The notes under the pieces: model-generated
Database searches by the model: none
Told to the model about the DNA's origin: nothing
What the model saw: the letters and a program-made list of their open reading frames with translations, nothing else
Position numbers and translations under genes: made by a program
NCBI GenBank assembly: GCA_014239955.1
Contig: JAAZXW010000011.1
Span: 1-64,000 of the forward strand
DNA length: 64,000 nucleotides
Origin: Methanobacteriota archaeon
Lineage (GTDB): Archaea > Thermoplasmatota > Poseidoniia > Poseidoniales > Thalassarchaeaceae
Direction: 5' to 3'
Shown here: piece after piece, positions 29,149 to 38,733 of the stretch
How the letters are laid out: the number at the start of each line of letters is the position of its first letter
How positions within the stretch are numbered: position 1 is the stretch's first letter

Positions 29149-29516
29149 CGTTCGATTTCATCGAACTTGGAAGCCAAGACAAAGTCCGACTCGGTGAGGC
29201 CGTCAATCTTGTGAGTGAAAATTACAGCGACTAGCTTCCCCCATCCAAGCTCAAAGTCAGCGTGATGGGATTGTTCTTCGCAAATTGCACCCAGTGCGTT
29301 GGTAAATTCGAGAGCAGAGACAAAGTCGGGAAACCCCCAGGCTCGAGTAAGGTGATGGTTTTCCACTAACCCCCAGTCTTCATGAATCTGCACAAGGAAT
29401 GCAGCAGACTCCTCTTCGCTGAGTGGGGGGGCCCCTCCTTCACAGGGGATACAGTTCATTGCTGAAAGCCTATCCAAGTTGTCACCCCCATGACAGGTTG
29501 TTTCCGTGACCTTCAC
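29145..29516 (-). CDS. Pterin-4a-carbinolamine dehydratase (PCD/DCoH); the likely true start is the internal Met at 29459 (MNCIPCEGGAPPLSEEE)
   Basis: C..C..GAPPLSEEE N-terminus and ...FTHKIDGLTESDFVLASKFDE with the HHAD core, typical of PCD. Confidence 0.7.
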   Translation of the reverse strand: MKVTETTCHGGDNLDRLSAMNCIPCEGGAPPLSEEESAAFLVQIHEDWGLVENHHLTRAWGFPDFVSALEFTNALGAICEEQSHHADFELGWGKLVAVIFTHKIDGLTESDFVLASKFDEIER

Positions 29517-29934
29517 TGGTCTTCTCTGCCATCTCGTGGACCTCAGATCTTCTCTTCATGTCGTCTTTCTCGAATTTTAGGAGCTCCTCATCCTCGATGT
29601 ATGTTCTTCTCAGGTGCGTTACAAGTCTGACTTCGACAATCGCATCCCGTGAAATTGACCTGAATTCTCCGTCCTCATCCAGAATATCTATCGACGAACT
29701 CCTCCCTCCTACCATCATTCCACGAACACATGGGTCTCTGTCATCGGGGAGCATCCTCCGGTCTAGTAGCATCTCAACCAAGTCATCCTTCCTTAGGCCA
29801 TACTTCCTGTCCAACAGAGGGCCATGGAAGACATCACCAAGTTCTTCTAGGCTCGGGGCCCCATAATCCTCGAAGAAACCAGCAGCCCAAGGCGGCAGGT
29901 CTACAATTTTCTCATCTCTTGTTGCGTCGGACAC
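29482..29934 (-). CDS. Hypothetical protein
   Basis: 150-aa charged ORF with no recognised motif; overlaps PCD by 35 nt. Confidence 0.3.
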   Translation of the reverse strand: MSDATRDEKIVDLPPWAAGFFEDYGAPSLEELGDVFHGPLLDRKYGLRKDDLVEMLLDRRMLPDDRDPCVRGMMVGGRSSSIDILDEDGEFRSISRDAIVEVRLVTHLRRTYIEDEELLKFEKDDMKRRSEVHEMAEKTSEGHGNNLSWG

Positions 29935-29977
29935 ACACCCTCGTTTCGGCAGTCATAGAAAAACCAGCGGGTCGACT

Positions 29978-31087
29978 ATGCCTGCTAATTCCCCTCATGC
30001 TTTGCTAATGATTGAAGTGCAATACCGTGGCGGAGTCGACGGAGGTAGTTGCTTGGCATCGGTTGAATGGAGGTCGATTCCGACCGTTCTTTATCCCCAG
30101 GAGATCCTTGACAAGGCATTTGGAAGGGCGAGCAGTCAGGCGGATCTGGTCGAGGATCCAGACAAGTACCACAGGGTTAGGAAGCAGATGAGCCGGATGG
30201 TCCAGTCCGCCTGCGACGTCGCTACTAAGACTCTCAATTCGTATGTGGGCCGATGGCCAAGCCTGAATGCACTATCTGAGTTCGACCAAGCCCTTGTTGA
30301 CGCAGCAGTTGGTTGTGACGACTACAAGAAGAACTTGGCGTCATTGCAATGGGCCGCTGAGAGGTCTCAGAGGATTTCTGGAGAGGCCCAGTCAAAGATT
30401 CTAAGACTCAGAGAAATCGATGGATTCCACAAGGCAAGGAGGCACGCATATGGTCGATTGGCTTCTATTATCGATCAGATTTCACCCCAGATATTGTGGT
30501 TGGGAGAAGCCAGAGATGTTCTGCGAAAACTCCCTTCTACTGACCCTCTGGAGCCGTGTATCGTGGTCGCAGGCTCCCCCAACGTGGGAAAATCCGCACT
30601 AATCGGGGCCCTTTCAAGCGGGGAGCCACAGGTCGCATCTTACCCATTTACTACCAAACAACTGCATTTGGGTCACTTCACACATCGGCGCAGGGTGTAT
30701 CAGATGGTAGATACCCCTGGCCTTCTCGATAGACCAATGTTGGAGAGGAATCAGATTGAGATGCAAGCCATTGCCGCTTTGGAGCATCTAGGTGATGTCC
30801 TCCTGTTCTTGATTGACTGGACTGATGAATCTACTACTCCGATTTCTGAGCAGGAGCGACTACTGGAGGAGGTTCGGGGCCTGTTATCGGATAGGAGGGT
30901 CCTCGTGGTCTCTACAAAGTCGGATCTCTTAGAGGACGATGTTGGGGAGGAAGATCATAGAATCAGCTCAATTTCCGGTGAAGGACTCGAGGAACTAAGA
31001 GCGGATCTGATCGAAATTATTGATGCGGATAGGGTGGATGACCCTCTGATTCTGCCCGAACATTGGCCCCGAGAGGATGAACGCTAG
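29978..31087 (+). CDS. NOG1-family GTPase (archaeal homolog of nucleolar GTP-binding protein 1); the start is possibly at the internal Met 30008
   Basis: G1 GSPNVGKSALI, G3 DTPGLLDR, and a NOG1 N-terminal helical domain (IPTVLYPQEILDKAFGRA). Confidence 0.7.
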   Translation: MPANSPHALLMIEVQYRGGVDGGSCLASVEWRSIPTVLYPQEILDKAFGRASSQADLVEDPDKYHRVRKQMSRMVQSACDVATKTLNSYVGRWPSLNALSEFDQALVDAAVGCDDYKKNLASLQWAAERSQRISGEAQSKILRLREIDGFHKARRHAYGRLASIIDQISPQILWLGEARDVLRKLPSTDPLEPCIVVAGSPNVGKSALIGALSSGEPQVASYPFTTKQLHLGHFTHRRRVYQMVDTPGLLDRPMLERNQIEMQAIAALEHLGDVLLFLIDWTDESTTPISEQERLLEEVRGLLSDRRVLVVSTKSDLLEDDVGEEDHRISSISGEGLEELRADLIEIIDADRVDDPLILPEHWPREDER

Positions 31088-31099
31088 TTCAGAACAAGA

Positions 31100-31222
31100 T
31101 TACACATGCCATGAATGGCCGCAAACGACGCAGTAGAAGTTGTGTCCTCCGTACGACTCCGCCAGCCCTGAGACATCAACCTCAGACCCGCAGTTGGGGC
31201 ATTTCGTCACGCGCATATACAT
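31100..31222 (-). CDS. Small zinc-ribbon protein (40 aa), unannotated in the ORF track
   Basis: Reverse-strand translation is MYMRVTKCPNCGSEVDVSGLAESYGGHNFYCVVCGHSWHV; it carries CPNCG...CVVCG (a CxxC-x18-CxxC zinc ribbon). Confidence 0.35.
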   Translation of the reverse strand: MYMRVTKCPNCGSEVDVSGLAESYGGHNFYCVVCGHSWHV

Positions 31223-31264
31223 CCCAATACGGTTTGGTTATTCAACGATACTGAGGGCACTAAC

Positions 31265-31855
31265 TTATTTCCCTCTTAAGCGCCTCAGCAAGTTCCTAAC
31301 TGGAAAAGCCATCTCTCCAGCACCAATTAGTAACAGTGCCGAGGTCCCAGCTAGTACAATCTCCACAATATTGTCCAAGTGGACGCTTGAGGACATCTCG
31401 ACTCTCTGCGAATCCAGGCCCGAACCCTCATACCCAGCAGTGACGAATCTGTAAGATCCAGGCTCGAGCCTGAAACTCATCGAACCATCGTTCTGCGGCC
31501 CTCCTGCCACGAGGAATCTTCCAATTTGCTCCTCGGTGCAGTGTGTGAGTCCAGTCGAACTGTCAGGAGGGCACTCTTCCGCCGCCGAGGCATCAACTAC
31601 TCCTAACCAACCCCTATCCGGCTCCTTCCACTCGACCTCTAATGTGATTTCCAGTAGTCCGAATGCTCTTGGCACGTTCAAGTTCTCGATGGTCATTCCA
31701 ACGTTGCATCCAGCATCGTCATCTGAACATGGGACGATTGGGACCTGATTTCCTGTTTCCGGGGTTTGGTAACCGACTAGGCTCAGTAATAGGATTAAAG
31801 CGCATAGTAAACCGACTAACATTGGCAGTAAGGAGAGAATTCTGACCATCATCAT
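31265..31855 (-). CDS. Secreted or lipid-anchored protein, hypothetical
   Basis: N-terminal signal peptide/TM (MMMVRILSLLPMLVGLLCALILLLSLVG); remainder Cys-containing and soluble. Confidence 0.4.
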   Translation of the reverse strand: MMMVRILSLLPMLVGLLCALILLLSLVGYQTPETGNQVPIVPCSDDDAGCNVGMTIENLNVPRAFGLLEITLEVEWKEPDRGWLGVVDASAAEECPPDSSTGLTHCTEEQIGRFLVAGGPQNDGSMSFRLEPGSYRFVTAGYEGSGLDSQRVEMSSSVHLDNIVEIVLAGTSALLLIGAGEMAFPVRNLLRRLRGK

Positions 31856-31880
31856 TTCATGCCTCCAAAATTGCTGTGAT

Positions 31881-32189
31881 TTAACCTGACGCTCCCATGA
31901 TTACTTGGAATGCTAGAAGCCCTACGAAAATCAGTATCCCAAAGTACATCAAGAAAGTGAACCTCTTCCTTGATTTCTCACGGCGCTCATACATGGAAGA
32001 GCACCCGTCATCACCACAAATTGCCGGATCACTTTCCAAGGATATCGGTTTCCAGCAAACAGAGCAATGCCTGTGTGGTTCGATGTTCACTCTCGTCTTC
32101 GATTTGTGTCCCCTCTTCGAGGCTGCAGCGTGCGCCTGCTTCGCAGTTCTCTTTGCTGCCTTCAGGATGGTGTCTTTCCTACTAGCCAT
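31881..32189 (-). CDS. Zinc-ribbon protein with a C-terminal TM anchor, hypothetical
   Basis: CSVCWKPI...ICGDDGC followed by a hydrophobic C-terminus (FLMYFGILIFVGLLAF). Confidence 0.35.
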   Translation of the reverse strand: MASRKDTILKAAKRTAKQAHAAASKRGHKSKTRVNIEPHRHCSVCWKPISLESDPAICGDDGCSSMYERREKSRKRFTFLMYFGILIFVGLLAFQVIMGASG

Positions 32190-32890
32190 TAGCCCCTCAC
32201 CATTGTTCCCTCGAATTCCTCCCCCTCAAGTGACCTCTTGATTACTCGAGTATCTCTGCCGTCCAGAACATCCAAATGTAGGCCATGCTCCAATGCATCC
32301 CCAACTCCAACCGGGTCAACGACTTGGGAGGTGCCCGCCTCTACGTGCCCCGGGGGTCCGACTATTTGCTGTAATTCATCGAGTGTCAATTCATCAAATG
32401 CCTCGGCCTCTGGATTTTCTCTTGGATCTTCGGAATAGACCTTGGATACGTTTGTCGCGATGACACACTTCTCAGCCCCACTTTGTATCGCTAGCCTAAT
32501 CGCAACTGCGTCAGTCGTTTGACCTGGCACCGTACCCCCCATCACAACAACATCACTGCCAACCAATTCGAGAACCGCTCCTTCGATACTCTCTGGAATC
32601 TTCTCCGAAACATTGACTCCACCATCGGAGAGTGCTTCCCTGACTATGGTCGCGTTTAGTCTCGTGGCGGCTATCCCAATCCGATCCAGGTGTGAGACAT
32701 CTCCAATCAATTGTCTGGCCAATTCGATGCCCTCTCTTGCTGGAGCCCCCCCTCCAACCACTAAGGCTAACTTTGCCCCTGATTCTACTCTTGCCCCGAT
32801 AACACGAACCATTTCCATCAACCAGTTGTGCCTTCCCTCGACTTCTGGCCTCAGCAAGCTCCCACCGAGCGCAACAACAACCGTCGCCAT
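32189..32890 (-). CDS. pyrH: Uridylate (UMP) kinase, archaeal type
   Basis: Amino-acid-kinase fold: VVVALGGSLL N-terminus, GGGAPAREG, TDAVAIRLA; about 230 aa as in archaeal PyrH. Confidence 0.8.
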   Translation of the reverse strand: MATVVVALGGSLLRPEVEGRHNWLMEMVRVIGARVESGAKLALVVGGGAPAREGIELARQLIGDVSHLDRIGIAATRLNATIVREALSDGGVNVSEKIPESIEGAVLELVGSDVVVMGGTVPGQTTDAVAIRLAIQSGAEKCVIATNVSKVYSEDPRENPEAEAFDELTLDELQQIVGPPGHVEAGTSQVVDPVGVGDALEHGLHLDVLDGRDTRVIKRSLEGEEFEGTMVRG

Positions 32891-32986
32891 CGACCATAGG
32901 TTGGCACCCTGCCTTTCAATACGTATGCTCTACTGGCGCTGAAGGGTTGAAATGCCGCCCGTGGTGGCAAATCACGGAGGAGTGAC

Positions 32987-34234
32987 ATGGCCGATGAGAT
33001 AGCACAACAACAGCGGAGGCTCCGACTCAAGAAGTCCCTGCAGGAACTCTCAAGCATGAAGGGCATGGGGACTGAGTTGGTATCGGTTGTAATCCCCCCT
33101 GACAGGATGATACATGATGTGAGGCACCACCTTAGCAATGAGGCCGGACAAGCAGCCAATATCAAGTCAAAATCGACGAAGAAGCATGTTACTGATGCTA
33201 TTGAGTCGGCACTCTCCACACTAAATCGATACAAGACTCCAGGTGAGGGGGGAATAGCAATTTTCGTCGGCCATGTCATAGTAGGGAACAACAAAACAAG
33301 ACTAATGTCAACCGTAATTGATGATCCACCTGAGCCATTTCCTTCGTTCAGGTATAGGTGCGACTCGACCTTTGAAGTGAGTCAGTTGGAAGAGATGCTC
33401 ATCGATCGAACTTCCTATGCTCTTTTCGTAATTGATAGGTCCGAGGCGGCGTACGGTCTTGCTTCAGGAAAAAGACTCCATTGCCAGGAGCACATCACTT
33501 CACTAGTCCCTTCGAAGCACGGCAGAGGGGGCCAATCTGCACAAAGGTTCGAGAGGCTGATAGAGGAGGCTGCTCACAACTTCTTCAAGAAAGCAGCAGA
33601 GAGGGCGTCTAACTATTGGCTTCCAATGGTTCAGGACTTGAAGGGGGTAATAATCGGAGGTCCCGGAGCAACAAAGGACTTCGTTGTAAAGAATGATTAT
33701 TTCCATCACGAGATAAAGAAACTGATTGCAGAACCATACTTTGATGTTGGCTATTCGAATGAGAGCGGCCTAAGGGAATTGATTCAGCGAGCAGGGTCGA
33801 CAATGGACCAGATTGAGCTAGATGTTGAACGGAGAATCGTTGACGAATTCTTGCAGGAGGTGATGAAGTCAAACCCAAAGGCGACATATGGGGAGATTAT
33901 GGTTCGCTCTGCATTGGAGCAAGGAGCCGTTGCAACCCTCCTTCTCTCCGAGGCAATAACCAAGATGAGGATGAGGTGGTTTTGCAAGGAGTGCAAGAAC
34001 GAATGGGAAACCACGCATGAAAAGTCCTCGGCCAATCCATCTTGCCCCGAGTGCAAATCCGGAAAAGTCAATGAGGACAAGGAAAATTCAATGGAACTAA
34101 TCGATGAACTCACCATATTGGCCGGTCGTACTTCGGCTAAAGTCAGGTTAATTTCATTGGATACCGAGGAAGGATCAACCCTCTACACGGCATTCGGCGG
34201 GATCACCGCCCTGTTGAGGTACCCTATTTCGTGA
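32987..34234 (+). CDS. prf1: Peptide chain release factor aRF1
   Basis: NIKS motif (ANIKSKSTKK), GGQ motif (HGRGGQSAQRF) and a C-terminal Zn ribbon. Confidence 0.9.
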   Translation: MADEIAQQQRRLRLKKSLQELSSMKGMGTELVSVVIPPDRMIHDVRHHLSNEAGQAANIKSKSTKKHVTDAIESALSTLNRYKTPGEGGIAIFVGHVIVGNNKTRLMSTVIDDPPEPFPSFRYRCDSTFEVSQLEEMLIDRTSYALFVIDRSEAAYGLASGKRLHCQEHITSLVPSKHGRGGQSAQRFERLIEEAAHNFFKKAAERASNYWLPMVQDLKGVIIGGPGATKDFVVKNDYFHHEIKKLIAEPYFDVGYSNESGLRELIQRAGSTMDQIELDVERRIVDEFLQEVMKSNPKATYGEIMVRSALEQGAVATLLLSEAITKMRMRWFCKECKNEWETTHEKSSANPSCPECKSGKVNEDKENSMELIDELTILAGRTSAKVRLISLDTEEGSTLYTAFGGITALLRYPIS

Positions 34235-34235
34235 G

Positions 34236-35984
34236 GTGATTTTGATTAGGGAACTGATTAATGAGATGATTCCAATCTTCTCCAAAGCCATGAATTCCCT
34301 CGGCGTGGAAGATTCGGATTGGGTTCCACTGATCGGAAGGGCAACTGTTGAGGATCATGGGGACGTAGCACTTCCCTGTCATTCTCTAGCGAGCATGTTC
34401 AGGAAGCCACCACAGGAGATTGCAGAGCAGATTTGCGCACTTGTGGAGGAAGATTTGGATTCAATTGCCACTGTATCATCCATTAGCGGATTCGTAAATG
34501 TCAGTGCCGAGCCCGAATGGCTCTCGAAATGCCTTTTGAAACTAATCTCTGATCCAAGACTGGGAATCGGGGTGGAAAAACCACTAACATTTGCCGTCGA
34601 CTATTCCGCTCCAAACGTGGCTAAGGAGATGCACGTTGGCCATCTTAGGTCCACGGTAATCGGCGACTCAATCGTCAGAATGCTGGAGTTCAAGGGACAC
34701 AGGGCAATTCGTGAAAACCACGTAGGCGATTGGGGTACTCCGTTTGGGATGTTGATTGAGCACCTCCTGGATCTCGGGGAAGATCAGGCTGCAAATGAGT
34801 TGGGGGTGGGGGACCTCGACTCATTCTACAAACAGGCTAGAACCAAATTTGTCTCTAATGATGAGTTTGCAAACCGCTCGCGAAGCCGTGTTGTTCTTCT
34901 TCAAGGGGGAGATCCCGAGACCCTCCGCCTCTGGAGGGTTCTCGTAGATGAATCGATGAGGTATTTAAATGAAGTTTACTCGATGCTCGGGGTGCTCCTT
35001 ACCGATCAAGATATCAAGGGTGAGTCTAGCTACCAGGATTTGCTTCCAGAGGTCGTGGACCGACTCATGAGAGAGGGAATTCTGGAGACTAGCGAGGGGG
35101 CCGATGTTGTTTTCCCAGGTGGTTGGGTGAATCGTGATGGGGCACCCCTTCCAATGATAATCAGGAAGGCCGATGGCGGTTACAACTACAGCACATCAGA
35201 TTTGGCCTGCATTATCGATAGGGTGGAGAGGCTAGGCTGTGATGGGTTCCTTTACGTTGTTGGGACTCCTCAGAAGCAGCACTTTGAGATGGTTTTCCAG
35301 GTTGCGGAACAAGCTGGATTCATGAGCCCCTCCCATCAAGCAATTCACGTCAACTTTGGTTCGGTTTTGGACATCGATGGAAAGGTCCTGAAGAGTAGAG
35401 AGGGCGAGGTTATCAAGCTACACGATCTTCTTGATGAAGCAATAAGAAGGGCCGAGTCCGCTATCAATGAGAAGAACCCAGAATTGGTTGGCGATGAGAG
35501 GGACGATGTCGCCAGAACCGTCGGAATAGGTGCTGTGAAGTATGCCGATCTATCTACGGAGAGGACAAAGGACTACGTTTTTGATTTGGAGAGGATGCTC
35601 TCTTTCGAGGGCAATACGGCACCCTATCTCCAGTACGCATATGCCAGGATATGTAGCATCTTCCGGAAGTGGGAAGGGGAGAGGGACCACCTCACATCTG
35701 TCGAACTAATCCTCACTCATCCCGAAGAATTGGTCCTGGCTCGTCGTCTGGCCGACTTTCCTTCAGCATTGGATGAATCAATTTCTACCTTCAGCCCGCA
35801 CAAACTCTGTACCCATCTTCATTCGATTGCCTCTTCCTTTGCGTCCTTCTATGAGAATTGCAATGTTCTGAAGGGAGAGGGGGACGAGATCATCAGAAGC
35901 AGACTAGCAATGTGTGATCTCACTGCCCGTGAGCTAAAACTCGGTCTCGGACTCTTGGGGATCGGGGTCCCGGAGAGGATGTAA
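34236..35984 (+). CDS. argS: Arginine--tRNA ligase
   Basis: PNVAKEMHVGHLRSTVIGD (HIGH), class I fold, and a DALR-type anticodon-binding C-terminus. Confidence 0.9.
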   Translation: MILIRELINEMIPIFSKAMNSLGVEDSDWVPLIGRATVEDHGDVALPCHSLASMFRKPPQEIAEQICALVEEDLDSIATVSSISGFVNVSAEPEWLSKCLLKLISDPRLGIGVEKPLTFAVDYSAPNVAKEMHVGHLRSTVIGDSIVRMLEFKGHRAIRENHVGDWGTPFGMLIEHLLDLGEDQAANELGVGDLDSFYKQARTKFVSNDEFANRSRSRVVLLQGGDPETLRLWRVLVDESMRYLNEVYSMLGVLLTDQDIKGESSYQDLLPEVVDRLMREGILETSEGADVVFPGGWVNRDGAPLPMIIRKADGGYNYSTSDLACIIDRVERLGCDGFLYVVGTPQKQHFEMVFQVAEQAGFMSPSHQAIHVNFGSVLDIDGKVLKSREGEVIKLHDLLDEAIRRAESAINEKNPELVGDERDDVARTVGIGAVKYADLSTERTKDYVFDLERMLSFEGNTAPYLQYAYARICSIFRKWEGERDHLTSVELILTHPEELVLARRLADFPSALDESISTFSPHKLCTHLHSIASSFASFYENCNVLKGEGDEIIRSRLAMCDLTARELKLGLGLLGIGVPERM

Positions 35985-36025
35985 GGCTCCGGTCAGATTG
36001 AAAATGAGTAACCCCTCGGAATGTC

Positions 36026-36490
36026 ATGGTTTCTGTCGGCGACGAAGCACCTGGGTTCAACCTAATAGATCAGAATAACAATAGCATCAGCCTAGTCGAA
36101 TTTCGCGGTAGGAGGGTCATACTGGCATTCTTTCCTGCTGCCTTTACAGGCGTTTGCACAGAAGAGATGTGCCAATTCGAACAATCTGTTCTCGGCTCGA
36201 AGGACTCCGATGCCGATTTTCTGGGGATTTGTGCTGATTCTCGATTCACTAATGCTGCATTCGCTGAGAAGAATGAGATCTCATTCCCAATTCTCTCAGA
36301 TTACACTCGCTCTACAATTGAGGCATACGGTGTCGCATTGCATGACTTTGCTGGAATGCCAGGTTATACTGCCAGCGAGAGGGCAGTTTTCATTGTGGAC
36401 GAGCAGGGGGATGTGATGTGGAAGTGGATTGGTGAGAACCCAGGTGTTCAGCCCAACTATGATGAGGTAATTGCCGCATCAGAGGCGTGA
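36026..36490 (+). CDS. Peroxiredoxin (Bcp/PrxQ-like, AhpC/TSA family)
   Basis: GDEAPGFNL...RRVILAFFPAAFTGVCTEEMCQF, with peroxidatic and resolving Cys 5 residues apart. Confidence 0.8.
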   Translation: MVSVGDEAPGFNLIDQNNNSISLVEFRGRRVILAFFPAAFTGVCTEEMCQFEQSVLGSKDSDADFLGICADSRFTNAAFAEKNEISFPILSDYTRSTIEAYGVALHDFAGMPGYTASERAVFIVDEQGDVMWKWIGENPGVQPNYDEVIAASEA

Positions 36491-36493
36491 AAA

Positions 36494-38113
36494 TTAGCCC
36501 CAAGCAAGATGTCGGACCAGAGAACCGTAGATTACCCCAGAAACCATCAGACTCTCCTCATTGAATCTGTCCATGCTATCCAAATAGGTGTGATATTCTG
36601 AGGATCCAGAACCATAGCACATCATAGCTAAGCCAAACTCCTCGTTGTCTTGGTGAATACCAAAAACGAATGGGGCATGGTCGGAGTTGTATGGCATCTG
36701 TTCAGAATCAATCTCTCTTACGCTAATGCTGTACCTTTCGAACAAATCCGGGTATGATGAGGCAAACTCTCCGACCAAGCGCTCAATGTGTTTCACATCC
36801 GTTGCACTGTTCCCTTGTAGGGTCAAACCAGAGTTCCTCTCAGCATCGACGTGATTCATATCTAGGTTGATGTAAAGTCTGAGATTTTCCTCTAGTAATC
36901 CTCGATGCTTGCCAACCCATTCCGAGGACCCCCACAGTCCCTCCTCCTCTCCACCCCAAGTGCAGAAGTAAATTGTCATCCCGGGATCCCCAAGTTCTGA
37001 TTGCAGTAAACCGAACTGCCTGGCCATCTCCATTACAGTTGCCGTCCCTGCCGTGTTGTCGACAGCACCCTGTCCGTTGTACACAGTATCATGATGGGCT
37101 CCAATGATGATCAATTCCTCAGTTTCCCCTTCTATAATCCCGCAAGGGACGTGGACGTTGCCATTGTTCTGATTGTCCACTTCTACTCGGAATTCCAACA
37201 TCCCCCCTGAGTCGACAACCTGTTCCAGGATAGCTTCCCCGACACTCTTCGACACCATCACGAAGCCGATGTCATAGGGCCTTTCCTCAAACTGTGTGAT
37301 GTCCAATGATTTTGAGTATGGCACGCAATCGCCTTCCACTAACTCGTCACAATTCTGCCTAGAATTGACGGTAATCAGGCCTCTGAGGCCATTTTCTTGT
37401 GCCCTCTTCATCAGTATCGTGTTGCTCTCAGTTCCCGGTTGTCCATCCTCTCCATCCAATAGCCAGACTAATCCAACACCATTACTGGCCGAACTCCAGT
37501 CCTGTGTTTCATTTCCCATCCCCAGGTCAATCACATGTGTATCGCTGCTTGCTGGGATGTTCACACTGCCGCTGTATCCCTGAACGACAAATTCGACTCT
37601 ATGCTCGAACTGCATCTCGTCCCTGTCTATGTCAGCAACGGAGCATGGGGTTGGACCTCCGAATATCCCACCTACGTTGCCAGGCTGGCAAATCATCAGT
37701 TCGAATGTGTTGCCCATGTAGTATAGTGGGACATCGAACTCCTCGAGAGTAGAGGGCAAACCGCTATTCGAGAAATTAGTCTTAATTGACTGTGCGGTAT
37801 TCTCCTCTTCCACGGTACCTGACAGGCGACCGCCCCACTCGGGGTCACCAAGATCCACCAACCCCTGTGCGTAGGCTCTAGTTTGATTGGAATCGAAGTC
37901 AATTAGTTCGTAGTCCTGACCTCCTTTGATCCACTTCGCGAGATCATCGCCAAACAACATCCCCCCTCCAGCGGCTCCAAGGACAATCATCCCCACTACG
38001 AAAATTGTAGAAGTTGGTTTTCGAAAACTAGGTGGCCATTCGGTCATGCTATGTAATTGAGCTATTTCCACCACTATTGAACCCATTCCAGACGAGGTCA
38101 TGCCGAGCATCAA
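36494..38113 (-). CDS. M28-family zinc aminopeptidase with a PA domain and N-terminal membrane anchor
   Basis: IIGAHHDTV, DNTAGTA, GGEEEGLWGS, NLDMN and SDHAPF are M28 metal-ligand motifs. Confidence 0.7.
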   Translation of the reverse strand: MMLGMTSSGMGSIVVEIAQLHSMTEWPPSFRKPTSTIFVVGMIVLGAAGGGMLFGDDLAKWIKGGQDYELIDFDSNQTRAYAQGLVDLGDPEWGGRLSGTVEEENTAQSIKTNFSNSGLPSTLEEFDVPLYYMGNTFELMICQPGNVGGIFGGPTPCSVADIDRDEMQFEHRVEFVVQGYSGSVNIPASSDTHVIDLGMGNETQDWSSASNGVGLVWLLDGEDGQPGTESNTILMKRAQENGLRGLITVNSRQNCDELVEGDCVPYSKSLDITQFEERPYDIGFVMVSKSVGEAILEQVVDSGGMLEFRVEVDNQNNGNVHVPCGIIEGETEELIIIGAHHDTVYNGQGAVDNTAGTATVMEMARQFGLLQSELGDPGMTIYFCTWGGEEEGLWGSSEWVGKHRGLLEENLRLYINLDMNHVDAERNSGLTLQGNSATDVKHIERLVGEFASSYPDLFERYSISVREIDSEQMPYNSDHAPFVFGIHQDNEEFGLAMMCYGSGSSEYHTYLDSMDRFNEESLMVSGVIYGSLVRHLAWG

Positions 38114-38691
38114 TCTTCAGCACTGACCTCTTCGCCAGTCCATCTTTTTCCCAGGGAGTGTTCAATATCCAACTGATCTAAGATTCTAGCTACCACGAAG
38201 TCTACCAAATCCTCAATATTTCTTGGAGAGTGATAGAATCCCGGACTCGCGGGAAGGATGACTGCCCCCCACTCGGACAGATTGTACATCGCTTTCAGAT
38301 GAGGGGTTGAGTACGGGGACTCCCTTGGAACGATGATTAGCTTCCGTCTCTCTTTCATGGCCACCAAAGCGCTCCTAGTTGCAAGATTGTCACTTATTCC
38401 GGCTGCTATCTTTCCCATGGTTGTTCCACTTGCAGGGCAAATCACATACGCATCGAACCTAGCAGAACCGGAAGCTGCTCTAGCAGCAAGGTTTGCATTG
38501 TCTTCGAGAGCCACACTTTCTCTGGCAGCCAACTCCTCAGGGGTTATTCCGCATTCCAAATCGAGATTTATTGCTCCAGTACTGGTGACGATCAGGTTCA
38601 CTGTCCATCCATGTTCGGCCAGAGCTTCAAGCAGCCTGACGCAGTACTGCGCCCCGGAAGCCCCCGTTAGTGCAACGACCGCCTCAGGCAT
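38110..38691 (-). CDS. ubiX: UbiX/Pad1-family flavin prenyltransferase
   Basis: VVALTGASGAQY...LIVTSTG and the conserved (I)IVPRESP / C-terminal region. Confidence 0.75.
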   Translation of the reverse strand: MPEAVVALTGASGAQYCVRLLEALAEHGWTVNLIVTSTGAINLDLECGITPEELAARESVALEDNANLAARAASGSARFDAYVICPASGTTMGKIAAGISDNLATRSALVAMKERRKLIIVPRESPYSTPHLKAMYNLSEWGAVILPASPGFYHSPRNIEDLVDFVVARILDQLDIEHSLGKRWTGEEVSAED

Positions 38692-38733
38692 GACATCGCT
38701 GCACCCACCACTCCCTTCAATGGTTTCCCACCC

